From Balanoglossus misakiensis (taxonomy: Eukaryota; Animalia; Hemichordata): a stretch of 64,000 bases of DNA. Made by a program: the position numbers and the translations under genes. The stretch covers positions 10,832,537 to 10,896,536 of the forward strand of contig CM082577.2 of assembly GCA_040954595.2 (NCBI GenBank). The letters are read 5' to 3'. The notes under the pieces were generated by a model. That model searched no databases, was not told where the DNA came from, and worked only from the letters and a program-made list of their open reading frames with translations. Each line of letters starts with the position of its first letter. Positions within the stretch are counted from its first letter, which is position 1. Shown piece after piece: positions 1 to 15,000 of the stretch.

Positions 1-2
1 AG

Positions 3-3000
3 ACTGAAGACCAGTACTATGATATAGAACGCGAAGATGGCGATTCGGTACGAATATGGATAAAGTCGTTCGATGTAATGAACAACACTGCGACTGATGA
101 AATCCTCATTCACGTCGATTCAAGTCCTCCTGTGATTATTGATCTCTGGCTCTCAAAAGACGGCGTCAATCAGTTAGCTGTGCACAACCGAGAAGAACTC
201 TATGAAATGGAGTGAGAAGAATATTTTACTTATTTTACTTGCCGCTTGCATTTTCTCTTTCACCGTGGCCACTATTAGACATAGACTTGAGCAATGTCAT
301 TATAGTGTTCATTTACGTTGACTTTCTCATCATTCGAGCGCATACCAGAAGCACAACTAACATTACAGAAATTTTCTCTTCCTTTTAGGCATCTTCCCTG
401 ACCCCTGTGACCTTTACATCCTGGCATTTTGTTGCTAGGTGTTTACCGTTTTGTGTTTACACTCTCGAATAGCCAACCGTGTGTGTATTTTAACTTATCC
501 TAGAACAAAAACATGAGTTTGTTTCTGTTCCAAACGGGTGAATGTTGTTCATAGCTTTGAGTGATGTAGCATACCACACCCATGCACCAAAATTCAAAGA
601 TGTAAGTTCACTCAGGGGTCATGAAAGTGGCCTACTGTGTGTGTCCAACACACGACGTCCCTATCCATCTTATTTTTGTCCGAACAGGATCATCTTTAAA
701 GCGTATGATCAACACAGTGGCTTGCATAGGCTGCGATGGACCATACACGACATGGTAGACAGTTCAAATATTCTCGGTGATGGCACCATAGCAGTCGTGA
801 GCATTGAGGTATAATTAATGGAATTCTTTGGTATATACTGCTGTACGCGCTGTGCTGGTAAACATTATCATGAAGGTGTGAATTACAGTCCAGGGTATAC
901 TTAAAGTGAAACCGAAATCTGAGGGGGGAGGGGGATGCATGTTTCTATCTTTTCTATGTGGACAAGTTTCGGTTTCTATGAGTAACGAAGTCTTGAAGCC
1001 ATAAATGCCGAAGATGCATTTCGATCGCTCCGCCGTTTTTTTTTAGTTTCGCGACCAATTTTGTCTTTCATTTACAGCCACACAACTGTTCGACGCCAAC
1101 CTGTTTGTGCATCCCTAAGGGTGATTGTTATTTGACCGAATACACGATTGATTTGGATGCCAGTAACTTCAACACAAGTGGAACGCATGACCATGACTAC
1201 ATCATTACAGTTACTGCCGAAAATGACGCCAAGATGACAGCATATCAGGAATTACAGGTAATTGATTGAGGAGTATATTGATATGTTAATTTTATAGACC
1301 TGCCCTTGCTTGCGTGTAACTATGGAAATTCCAAGGGCTCCATTCGCAAATTACCAAACTTTGATGTTCAGAATTATATTTCCGTTTTCATCAATTTCAT
1401 AAGAATACCGTTCACAGAAATTATTCTCTCTCCAAAAGGTGACCATAGACACTAGTGCTCCAGAGACCGGTTTCGTTCATGAAGGGTTCAAGGGTCAACC
1501 GGACATAGACTATCAGCAGGACCTGACAATTCAAGCATGGTGGGAAGGTTTCTTTGACAGAGAAAGTGGAACCTTGATGTATGTTTATGTCTTTGGTGAA
1601 GAATGTTTTGATGACGTCAGTGGCATTACCTTTCCGACCAGTTACCCTGTAAGTAATTTGTGTACTGTTTGTACGAAGTAGCGCGTTAGGGAATATTTTG
1701 CGAGCAGTAAATGTACATGTGTAATGTTTATTTCATTGACTAAGATTCCATAGCGAAGGGGTGAGTGTAAAAATGTCAGTAATGTGTAATGTTACTGTCT
1801 GATGTGTATATCGGCCTGCAAATCCAACATTCCTGCAGCGAATATGGTATGCTTTTTGCCAGTGAAATTGGTTTCACGCGTGTATCTTTAAAAACTTTTT
1901 CCAGCTTCTGGTCAATCAAGTGCAAATTTGAATATTTACGTTTACTGATTATCTTTTCTCATTTGTTATACATGTCTGAAATCAATGTATTTAATTTGAC
2001 GGAACATATCACAAATATTGATTTTGTAATTAACCCTACAAATCTAGAAATATGAACCAAATTTGATATTAAATTTGACATTTTTATTTAATTTCTTACC
2101 CAGCTGATAAACGCCACCACTACACACGCAACGTGGGACGCGCCCGGTGCAGGAACCTATCACTGTACAGTCATAGCCTACAATCAAGCCCTTTATCCAT
2201 CCGATCCAGTCTGTTCAGATGGCGTAACCATTGACGTTACAGAGCCAACGCTTGAGGAAATCGACGTCACTAATATACAAACGCATGGTGGCGCCATAAA
2301 AGACGACAACCAAACAGTCTGGATGATAAATAGTGATGGGTATCGCGTTGAGGTCGTAGATCCTTCTGAGGAATGCAGGTAAGCACAATAATAGGTCATT
2401 TTGTGGTCACCGCTATATCTCGCGAGACTTGGTTAAGCCAAGTCACACAGGACATGCTTTGTCTGAAACTGGGATTCGTGCAAGTTTTATAAATCATTGT
2501 AAGTGTTGTGCCGTTTAACATGGTGGGCCATGTGTTGTTTGTTCTGTGTCACGTGACAAAACCCTCTCACATGAATTGCCTACACACGCGAGATCTCGTT
2601 GAGTTCGGAAAATGGTCTATTAAGGATACGTTTATCGTGGTTTAAGTTCGAACCCCACCACACCAAAACAAGTATGATGCCACACCACGATGCAAGTAGA
2701 AAAATCACGCAGATATAATCTACTGTAATCTTAATTAACATTTTTTATTATGGTGCAGGCAATAAAATATGTTTATTCCAAAATGGATTTCTGAATTTTT
2801 GTATTTATAGGCACGTCGCTCTCACTATTGACGATGTTACAGTATGGCCGCTATTGCGGAACAGCGATGACACACGGAAGAATGAAAGCGCCAGCGACGC
2901 GGATTGCATCAGAAGTGGAGCCTTTCTGAATTACGTTTTCCTGGTTAATGAAAACATGGTATGTACAAGAATTGTGTTGCGTAAAGCTGTGCAGATTCGC

Positions 3001-6000
3001 GCAAATGGTTCTCGGTCTGGTTTGCTGAGTATACGATCTCATGTATGATTCCAAAAAATGCATCTATTTGTCTCCACGCCTGCAGCTTGCAGTTTCTTGG
3101 AAAGGAGCAGATAATGACAGTGGACTCTACGATTACATGGTTGGACTGAGCAGCACAGATCAAGGACTGAACGCTGATATCTTACCTATGACGTCAACAC
3201 ATTCCCGATCAAGTTTTCTTACATACCATCCTAACCTGAACGAGGGTCTTGCGTTTTACATCATTGTCGAGTCGATAAACAGAGCGCAGATTACAACTAC
3301 CAAGGTAATTAACACCCATATCGGTTTCCAACATGTTTTCATTTATTTTTCGTTTGAGGCTTCCACTAAGTTCATGTTGGACTTTCTATAGTATGATCCC
3401 TTATCTCGGAAACAAAGTGATTAAATTTGCTTCCGAATCGGCTGTTAGTCGGATCAATTCGATGTTTCATCAACACCGACTTACTGTTTGTGGGTATAGT
3501 TGACGAATCAGTAGTTCCTTCCTTACCACATCTGAATTTTGCAGTATTGTTGATTCAAAGACATACACTTGATTTGGTTTTAAATTGGTGCTAATTGTTC
3601 TCGCAAGTATTGAACAAAACCAGCAGGCTTGGCAACTCACTGCACAATGCGCTTTTGTCTTCAGGTTGTAGGGCCAATTATCGTCGAGGTAACTCCCCCA
3701 GAATTTGTAGGACTTATTTGGGTCCAATATGAAGAACATGGAGATCAGGGATATCTGGTTGCAAGGTGGCAAGAGGATGATTTCTTTGAAAAGGACGATC
3801 CTGAACCACTATCAGATTATAACGTGGCAGTCGGTAGGCTTGTCTGATTTCTTCTGTTTTCTTGAAGCATTCGATATGTGTTAAACACTTCCACAGTCAA
3901 ACCCCTGTTAGTGGCCACCCCTATGTAGCGGTCACCTCTGTATAGTGGCCACTTTGTTACAGTCCCTGTGCAATTCACATGTTTGTTAATTAACCTCTGT
4001 ATAAAGGTCACCTCTCTATAAAGGCCAGTTTAGGAAAGTCCCTTGACTGGCCACTGTAGACAGGTTTGAGTGCATATGAAAGAAATGTAATTTCAATTGT
4101 ACCCGGTTATCCTGCAATATTGTAGGAGCAGTGACATATGCTTGAATCGGAATAGTTTTGCCTTTGGTTTCCCGAGCAACGTGCAGTATTTTCGATTTTT
4201 TGTAGTTCGTAATTAACAATACGTTCACTTGTATAAATGAACGCAACATGCTGACATTTCTCTTTGATTACTTGTATGGTGAAGAAAGTGGACTTTGTTA
4301 TCAATAGCTAGGGCAAACTTTAGTGTTTTTCCCTCCCATTGAAAGGAAACACGCCGTATGGTACACAACTGTTGGAATTTACACCAATTACGGAGGTCGA
4401 CAATGCCATGTGTAACGAAACAACGCAGCCTTCATGTGCTGCCATTGCAACGGATCAATTGGATTGGGATCTCCATGGCGACCACACGTACTACATATCA
4501 ATCCAAGTTACCAATGCTGCTGGTTTAAGTGTAACTGCTACGTCAGAACCATACAGACATGTAATTGACCTGCCATCTATCGGTGTTGTCCTGGATACCG
4601 TGGGTCCTGGAAATGCCAACAACGCCTTTTGGGTAAGGAATTACAAATCGTGAGCAGGGTCGTATTATTTTAATTTCTTACAATAGGTAACGCCACATGT
4701 TACTTTTGTCAACTGAATTGGGATTTGTTTTAAAAAGCAACGAGGCCCACAAAAAGACACGTTTCTAGTCAGCTCGCCTATAACCCAGGCATTAAACAGA
4801 TACAGATACGTAGACAAAATTATGCAGAGGAAGAGAAGTTTGTGAAGACACGCCACCATAAGGCGATTAACAACCAGTATATGCATTAATAATAGATTGA
4901 CACATACTGGACGAAACCAAAAGGAAATTCAGGTCGTCGCCCCATTTTGGGGACAAAAGCCAAGACCAGAGACAGTTAATTGTTTTCCTTGGCCTAACAA
5001 TGATCCACATTTTTATGGGTTTATTTAATCATCGCACTGTTTTCACTTCTGCCACTCTAACCTGCAAGAGCCATCGCCCAAGAAGAATATATTACGATAA
5101 ATGTTTATAATTGTAATTGCAGGAGCTGCCAGACATAGATTATCAGTCTGTAGCAACAGAGATACATTCTCGATGGTACGGGTTTGAACATCCCTACCAG
5201 GAAGTTACTTATGAAATCGCCATAGGTACATCACCAGGGGATGAAGACATCATGAAGTTCACAGACGTTGGTGTACAAACCCAGCACTCTGTTTATGGCA
5301 TAAGCTTGGGTTCCTATCAGGTAATATTTGTATTGGCCCTGTAAGAAGAAAAAAATGAGCACTGTTTGTATTTAATACCTACTTTGGTTTCCTTTTCAAT
5401 TTAAAGCGAGAAATGTTTTATTCAGTGATACGTGGACACCAAAATCTTTCTATACGTATGGTTTCTCAGCTTAGGTATATACATTGTATTTTTGCAGTGC
5501 ATTGCCTAAATACCACCGATAAAAAAAATACTGACAGTGATGCAAACAGTTCTTGTAGTCTGCTTGATAGTGATACACTTTGATTTTTTCAAACCTAGAC
5601 ATATTTTGTCACTGTGAGAGCAACATCCGAATCCGGCAGCGTGGAGGCAAGTTCAGATGGAGTAACTGTTATTGAAGACAATGATGTTATTGAAGACGCT
5701 GTGGTCTTCGATGGTCATGTATGCGAAAACAAAGGTAACACATAAGGAACAGTTTCGTTCACATCTGCCCGTAGAGCGGCGATTACGTCAGTATTTAAAG
5801 GTGAAAGTTATTCAAACTTTGACGTGTGACGTCATAATGTACTTGCAAACGGTATTCAAAACGCAAGCATTCAATGTACTTTCAGGTTTGTTGACTTTTT
5901 TTCAATTCAACAGTCTGAAAATATCATACTTGTATTGTGCTTATATTTTCCGTCGTGTTTCATTTTTGTGTGTAGAAACTGGTGATGTTTATTTGAATAA

Positions 6001-9000
6001 TACACATCATGACCATACCCGCCGATCTTCGTGCTACAATGATATCGATTACCAAGCCTCTACGTCTACCGTAATGGCTCACTGGGTGTTACCCAATGAA
6101 ACATTGCAATACATCACTTTTATCGAAGTCGGCGTCGAGAGGGAAGATTCTGAGAACGGGTGAGTGATTGGTCAGATTTTACACTATGTGTTGTTCTTGT
6201 TGACATGTTGGAAGCCAGACAAATCACTTGTGTCGTGCAGTCGTTCAGATCTACCACAGATTCTTAACCATAAACTGTGATCTTAGATATGAAACGAATT
6301 TGCAAAAACGATAAAGTCCTGCCGAATGGGAAGTAGTACTTCAGCGTGGTATTTAAATCGGCAACAAAAATGTTTTCTAACAAGGCGCCGGAAAAAGTAA
6401 GCAAAGTGTATGGATTTTTACATATACATACTTTTATAAAGTGTCGGATAAAAATTACATGTACACGGACTAGATTAGTATATGTAAGTCCCATATGGTC
6501 TAGTGGTTAGGATTTGGCGCTCTCACCGCCAAGGCCCGGGTTCAATTCCCGGTGTGGGAATCACTACATTTTTTGTCTTCGAAAATGATTAATCGAAAGC
6601 CACTATAGAGCTTATGTTTTCATGACCTTGAATGCTGTACTTTCGCGATGCAAATTCAGACATTTTTTGACGGTCGATCAATCATGGTGCTCTTTGAAAG
6701 AAATTTTAACTTGCCTGATTGTTACAAATTTTTTGTACCTACAATTGCCCCCTGATTTCATTGCAACTCGACATGGAATTGCAAGGCATGTCCCATATGG
6801 TCTAGTGGTTAGGATTTGGCGCTCTCACCGCCAAGGCCCGGGTTCAATTCCCGGTGTGGGAATATCTACTTTTTTGTCTTCGAAAATGATTTATCGAAAC
6901 CCGCAAGAGAACAGTTGTTACCCACAATAAGGCTTATGTTTTCAAGATCTTGAATGCTGTACTTTCGCGATGCAAAATCACTGAGACACTTTTTGCACTT
7001 TGATCGATGACAGTGCTCTTTGAAAGCAAATCACCTGATTGTTACGTAATATTTGTACCTAAACTCGCCCCCTGATTTCCTTGCAGCTCGACATGGAACA
7101 CCGTTCGCCAGTATGAACGGATGCATGTTAATGAGCATGTACAGTTCGCCGGACAGAATCTAATTCCCGGAGATCACTACCGAACAATTGTCAAGTTTTG
7201 TTACCCCGACGGCTGTTTCCAACCAGTCCACAGCGATGGATTCTGGGTAACGCCACATCCACCAGTTTCTGAAGGAATTCACAGTATATTATATAATGGG
7301 TAGGCATTACATTTTACGTAACATAACCGTTGTATTGTTCTACATTACATTACATCACATTAGAGTACAGTGCATTAAATTACATAACATTACAGTGCAA
7401 TACAGTACGTACGTGCAGCACGCATGCACAAGCATTCTTGCTTCAGAGACAGACAGACAGAGCAAGTTTATTTTCTTAAAGCATTTATATTATTTGGTTA
7501 ACGTATATGATACAACCATAACTGCATTTTTTATTGATAAGAAATTCTGGGCGGAAAATTAAAAACAGTCAAAACCTAAAAATAATTACCATAATAAATT
7601 ACGCCAGGCTTTATATTTCTCCTTCGCAGGTCGACAGAACTGAAATTCACTTGGATAGAATTTCTAAATATTGAAGTGTCTGACAAATTGGAGAGTACAG
7701 AGTACATGGATTATCATGAGTGGAATATTGCTGTCGACACTGAATCTTCTACGCATGGTGACTTTTTATATCAATGGAAGCAAGTGACCAATCCACTCTA
7801 TCATGAAAATATGGTACAATATATTTCCACAATTATGACATTTAATATCACGTTTGTCCAACACATAACCATTATTTTTACCAGTCTTGAAATTGCATAA
7901 TATCTATGTTTCCAGTGATATTTTACCTTCGTTTTCTGCAGTTTTGTCAGTGGCGTCCCCAGTGGCGAAATATTAATTAGAGTTCGGATCTTGCAGTTTG
8001 CCAGTTACATTACATTATCATTAACATATTTTTTCGTTCCGTTTTAGCTCACCTACACAGCCAGCTTGGAAGACAAGCTTGTTTTCTCAGAATGCATGTA
8101 TCTTGCTATACGTGGCCACAACAAGGCCGGTTTGTACTCAACAATCTATCAAGAAATATATGACTGTGACTCCATCTATCCGAAATACATTGTTCCAAAT
8201 GTCGTCATAGATGCCGTTGGCGAATCGGACAATCAAGGAGATGTGGAGTAAGTATATTGTCAGGATACTTTCTTTAGTTTTCTGGTGAATTCTTTTAGAT
8301 ATGCAATATACATTACAAGTGTGATTTCTCTACAGGGATATCCACTTGGAAGTGAACAGCGACTGGCCCCATTCAGACGAAGAGTACACACTGTCGAAGC
8401 ATACGCTGTCAGCCGTTTGGCCATCGCTTCTTTATGAAGAATATCAATGGAAAGTAGTTTCTGATGACGCCATCAGACGATGGGCATACACAGAACCCGA
8501 TGACGTGTTAGATTACCATACATATCTGTGCGACTCACCTGAAGTCTTGGCATGCGGGACAACAAACGTAATTTATCATTTTTATCTCTCCATTTGATGC
8601 TCTGGGTTGCAAAACAAAGTTTCTGAGTTGGAAATGGTGTGAATAAATGAACACTTAATCATTTGGTCAGAGATGTAGCATACGACATCATTCAAAGAAG
8701 AACGTTTAATCTTAATTTGTGAAGGCAATGTTCACTTATATGTATTGTTATATATTTTGTATACAATTAATTATATAACTAATTAAATATATCAACTTTC
8801 GCGCTTTTTGTTGCAGGATAACTTCGTTAATATTCATAGCCTGAATCTTCAACATGGTTACAGGTACTATATTTGCATCTATGCAAATAAGAGTTTGACA
8901 GATAACGAGGAAATTTCCAATCTCGCACCAGAGATATCAGAATGTTCAAATGGAATTACGGTGGATTGGTTAGCACCAACAGCCAGTAAAACTTGGATAG

Positions 9001-12000
9001 GACGGCCGGGCATGCAATATCAGGTTGTTTTACCACATCTATTTTCAATGAATACGTGTATAATTAAACATCTGCGTTTTTCCATACTTTTCTGCGTTAT
9101 GTTTGACCGATTTATTGAACTATTTGGTGGCCAACACCGCACACACAAATGTTTCTCAGATTTTGGTTCCTGCTTTTCTTTTACTTGTTCGTCACCTAAC
9201 TCGCATGTGTCTATTTTACAGACATCAACATCGCATCTTCTCATCAACTGGGAAAGTTTTGTTGATGTTGAAGAATCGGGGCAAACGTCACATGACAGTG
9301 GAATAAGGAAGTATGAAGTGGCTGTGGGTAAGTCATTGCATGTTTGTAAAGTGCCTTAAATCAGCTATGTGGGTTACATGGTGAGAGTGCTAATCACATT
9401 TTCATTACAGGAACATCTCCAAGTGGCGTGGACATACACGAATTCGTTGATGTTGGCATCGCTAATTGGGTCTTCCTTCCCACGCCGTTGCTACAGCCTG
9501 GCTCTACGTGTTATGCTACAGTAAGAGGTATAAATTTAGCCTTTCTATCCTTGATTGACTATCCAAATATGTCACTCGAGTTAGAGATATTATGTTCTTG
9601 TTCCGTTCTCCCCTTTTGGCCGACTAATGCAATCAACCATAATTATAATCTTTGAATGATATTTCAATATTCAAAATAGACCTCACTATGTAGGTAATTT
9701 TTTTCTTGTTTGTGTTATTGTTATTTCCTGTTATTGTTTTATTTCTAACTACTATAATTAGGTATCGACTTTGTCGGTTTGTCTACCGAGGCCATATCAC
9801 CGGGTGTCACTATTGACACAACACCGCCCATCGTGACAGATGCAACCATTCATGTAGGAGGTGGATATCAACAATCAACAACTACTTTGAGTGCATCCTG
9901 GGAACGCGTGTTTCGTGATAAAGAAAGTGGTAAGTCGTTTTTCGATACATCTTCATCTCTCAGACTGGCAGTTTTTCGTCAGCTAAACTAACTGGGACGC
10001 TCACATAAGCATACCTGCTGCCGATATATCTATACTCAACTACCCATTACAACTAACACCAAAGCCCAATTCAACAAGGCTATCTACAAAAATCACACTG
10101 GTTTTACTTGTGGTGTCGTGGTTCTGCACTTCCCCCCTTCATCAGTGTTTGTGATATCCTGGCTCTATAATTTTATTGAAAATACAGTGACTGTCTTTCT
10201 CTGCTTGCAGGCGTTTCATTCTATGAATGGGGTATAGGTTCCAAACCCGGTGGAACAGACGTGTTTCCTTTCACGGCGACAAAAGATGAGCAAGGAACCG
10301 CGCATGGACTTGATTTACGCGATGGATATGCATATTATGTTTCTGTTAGGGTAAGACTACTGTGCGACAGATAGTTCGAGTTCGAGTAAACCGGCACATG
10401 GACTATAGTTCCGACAAAAGTCGCTACTGGCCCGCTCTCGTGGAGGGCATACATAAAAATAATAACAAGAAGAATTTTCTTGAACCTACGACGCTCGTTT
10501 CCAATTTTCTTTCAACTCTGCACAGACGGACATTAAGTAAAGGTATGATTTGCACACACAGGCATACAATGGCGCTGGACTGAACAGTGTGGCAACTTCG
10601 TGGGGAATAGTGATTGACTCGTCACCGCCACAGGCTGGCAACGTGTATGACGGACGGTGCAATAACAATAATAACCAAAAAGACATCGATTTCCAGGTAA
10701 AGATACATTTGCAGAAAATAATTCTAGTGTTTGCCTATAGTCTCACGAACAAAATGATGATCTGTTATGTCGAAATATTAGAGTCAACTTGAATATTTGC
10801 AAATATTATTTTGGCTTCCATTGATAGTACAACACAACACAACACAACACAACACAACACAACACAACACAACACAACACAACACAACACAACACAACAC
10901 AACACAACACAACACAACACAACACAACACAGCATGACTGAACTCCATACTTCAGTTGAGTCCAACTGGACTCTCTGGTCCAAATAAATCCTGAATTTCA
11001 ATAGTGGTGTGGCCTCTGTGTATACAGAACCACAAACAAGCCATTTTTATATATGACCAAGTGTACAAATGTTATATTAATGCTCAAAAAGGCTCCGCGT
11101 ATTCCAACCTGAGAAGTTACACGTTTATTTTAAAAGCAGACATGTACAAGATTTGCAGAACGCTGAGGTTTAAACAATTCATCCAGAGCTATCAACTAAG
11201 TGGATTATATACCCTGTGTTTGATAAATTTTTCAAGTATATTGTGTGATCTTATTCGACAGACGAACATGGATTCGCTGAATGCATATTGGGAAGGATTC
11301 AGTGATCCACACACAGCAATCGTTGAATACAAATGGTGCATTGGTACATGTTCAGGTTGTGATGACGTCATGCGAGAACAGAATGTGGGAATACGCACAG
11401 GTGAGACTGTCGATGTCATAAACTCCATTAAACGTTTATTGGAACCATACAGATTCCACAAATGCTGGTAGAAAGCGGTATATTATTAAGAAATTTCCGA
11501 CTTCAAACATTCTTGTAATCCACACAAACAGCTTACTTATGTCACTTACTGAAGACCGTTTGCAAAATTTTAGTAAAATTTCGAAATGATTCGATCATTC
11601 GTCATTTAAAACATCCACACTCACATTCATGTAGTACAGACGGGAAAAAATAACCATTTTGTTATTCTGTCATTACTAGATGCAGAAGCGAGCCACTTAA
11701 ACTTGCAACCAGGGATCCGTTACTATTCCACTGTAACGGCGTGTAACGCGGCAGGGTTGTGTACAACGGTTTCTTCTGATGGCGTCATTCCTGACGATTC
11801 ACCGCCCGTAGCCGGAATTATATTCGACGGACCAAATGATGGTGACAAGGTGTACCAGGCTTCCAGGTAATTTCCTGTTTTTGTTGTTTTTTTGGTGTCT
11901 GTTATACCTCTATCATTTGTTTTGTATGGTATTACTCCAATTAGAGTGTTTTAATGCTAAACTTATTCGACTGTCCATTGCAGGGAGAGACTAGCTGTTC

Positions 12001-15000
12001 ACTGGTATAACTTCCACGACTATCACAGCCAATTATCGCACTATGAATTCAGAGTTGGGACCCTACCCGGTGGAGATGAAGTCTTGCCCGCCAGACCGCT
12101 TCATATCACCGAAGAAGTGTACATTCCCAAACTTGAGAATCTGTTACCTGTGGGCGTTCCCATCTTCAGCACGATAAAGGCCGTGAACAAAGCCGGTATG
12201 ACTATAGCAACAATAATTTAAACACTTTCACGGATTTAACATCAACTTAAAGATCAATCATTATGAGTTCCAAGGTTCTAAGAAACGAAGTGTTTAACGT
12301 TTAGTTCAATTATTACAGCATGAAGTACGATGCCGGATAGACTGAAAGATTCAGTTGTGTGTGCAGTGGGCGTTCCGCAAGCTCCGGTTACAAGGTACCG
12401 GAGCGCCCAAACACGATTGTCTTTCTCAGGCCAGGTGCCGTACATCACCACTCACTTAAAAACAAATATTCCTCTTGTCTTTGAAGGCTTATCGGTCGAA
12501 AGGTCGTCCAACGGTTTGACTGTTGATGAGTCGGGCCCACTTATTTTGAAGGAAGTGACTTTTGACGACGGTTTAGGTTCCATTCTGGAGGGATCCCAGG
12601 TATGGCATATTACGTACACCTCAAAATCAAATTATGTACAATAAGTGAAAATTAATTGAATAATCTGTGTCTGAACATATGAAAGTCTATGATCATGATG
12701 GTACTACTCTCTATGTGTTGGATTTCACACCAAGGTTACATATTCTACTGAATACATTAAAAGTGGCCGTCTTGGTCTAGACCAAATATCTCGAGTAAAG
12801 GTCTGATCACCAGACTTTCGTTTGAATTCACGTTAAAGGTTTGGAGAAGTCTTTTGAGAGTTACATGGAAATTCCATGACCCTGAGAGCCCCATCCAAAA
12901 ACAAATCCTCTCCGTGTTCACTCATCATCAATCACACTTGGACATACCGTCGGTTGAGGTGAGTAGCAACGACAAAAGCATTTCTGGTGAAACCGATTCA
13001 AATCCACACTTTGCTGTCGTTTTTCAATCTGATTTTTTTAGCTATCAATAATGCACCAAACGGGGATCGTCACAAGAAAGAGGAGAAATAGCTCATAAAT
13101 GACTATGTTTGATAGAAAGAGTTACTTTACAATCTGCTCACATTTGTGAATTTCTTGACCCGCTTACAGCTTCCCGGAAGTGAAACCAAATACACATTTA
13201 CAGACCTATCGATGGACGACGGTGATACATATTACGTCAAAGTAGTTGCCTGTAATGCAGCGCTGTTGTGTAATTCAACCGCAACTGACGGATTATTGGT
13301 GCGTAAAGCTGGTAGTTATTTTTGTATGGGTGAACGTTACACCTGAAATACCACCTGTAACAAAACATGTCCATACTTCATAAGACCTATTCGGATTTAA
13401 TAACTTTCCCATAGCCGTTTTGGACTCCTTATTTAAGGAAAATCTACGGTTACAGGCATTCTAAATCCCCGCATTGTGCCACGTCGTGTCATGACATGTA
13501 AAGTTATACTAGATCGTTTGTGTGTATCGATATACATTCGTTTTTCTTTCAAATTGTTTGTTTGTGTGTCTATTTATTTCTCTGTCTGTCTGTTTCTGAG
13601 TTATATTCATAATGTAAGCCTTTTATTAAAATTACTGATTCAGGTCGACGCCACACCACCAACTGTTGGTACATTTGCAACAGAGACAAATCACTCCGCA
13701 GACTTATCACGACATCAGGATGGTTGGATGACCTATCAACAAAGCACAGTTGATACCGATGCTCAAGTGAAACTGGCGTGGCTTGGCTTCTCAGATATGC
13801 ATTCAGAAATATCACATTATTACGCAACAATCGGAACGGAGTACAGTGGACGGGAGCTAACGCCAGTAAGTAGAATCTTTGACCCAAAATGGTATTTCTA
13901 ATGTGTTCGTGTGCAAAATGGGTTGTGCATATTTTGCTGGGTATTCTCATTTTACCATGACGGTATTAAGTTTTCTCATTTCAATATTGATGGTGTATCA
14001 GATGATGATAAGATGCAATTGTTTTTTTCTCCACCTGCAACTTTAACTTTATTGGTATTGTGTCGATCCAGACTGGCCCACACAAGTTGCAACATCAAGA
14101 TGGCGAGTCTTACAGAGACGAAGGTGCTATTCAAACTGGAATCGTCCCGATCAACAGAGATCTGACGCCAGGGGAATTTATATACGTCACTTTATGGGCT
14201 GTGAACGGAGTATGTTGTTGTTTCTTTAACATATCGCAAGCATATAGTTGCACAAACATATGATAAGATGGTGATAAATATTTGCTACCTACAAGGTTTC
14301 CTATTTCCAAAGTATTTACACGTGTTGGAGGAAATGTCTCTCTTTGCAGTCAAATGTATAGAAATATTTATTTCTCGCGTATGTTTGATACACTCAGGTT
14401 GGAATGAGAAGCATGGAAGCCCACGATACATTTGAAGTTGTAAGATCGAATGACTACGAAGGAATTCTCGTGGAAATGAGGCGCTGTTCATCGCAAACGT
14501 GCCAAGGAGACTGCACATGCGCGCCACAATATCAACTTTGTGGCGGGAACGAGGATCTTTGCTTAAACGGTTGGTTGAAATAGATATTACATACACTCGC
14601 CAGTCAGAGCGTTACTCTTCGGTATCATACGAAGCAGTTGCTGTAAAGAGACAGCAGTGGTTGGCAATCATGCATATTCTATCAATCACCCTCTGATAGT
14701 TTTTAATACGCACGGGTTAACAGCTCGTGACACCTAATTTGAAGACTTTGCCTAATGTACGTGTTCTTTTCGTCATGTTCAATTTTTTTAGGTACTGGTG
14801 ACTACGAACAAATTAAAGTGGTCGACATCGTCGATTATCGATCCACTGAATTGGAGCATGTAGATATCGATTACACACCGTCCGCATGCGCATTGGCCGC
14901 TGTCTGGACAACACAGAATCCAAACGGTGGTACGTTAATAGCTAAATCTATCTTACTTATATTTCCATCTTTTTTCAAAAGGAAAGTGTGTTCAATTGCA

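Larger units (their letters stand above)
6489..7098 (+). repeat. ~300-bp tandem duplication (tRNA + intron 3' end + first bases of exon 13)
   Basis: 6489-6778 aligns with 6791-7098, e.g. CTTGAATGCTGTACTTTCGCGATGCAAA and GCCCCCTGATTTC..TTGCA(A/G)CTCGACATGGAA in both. Confidence 0.9.

Noticed and set aside
6622-6930. 102-aa ORF
   Set aside because: Runs through the tRNA-Glu copy and the dead acceptor; no coding features.
10765-11001. ORF with (VLCCV)n Cys-rich repeat
   Set aside because: Translation of the intronic (ACAAC)n microsatellite.
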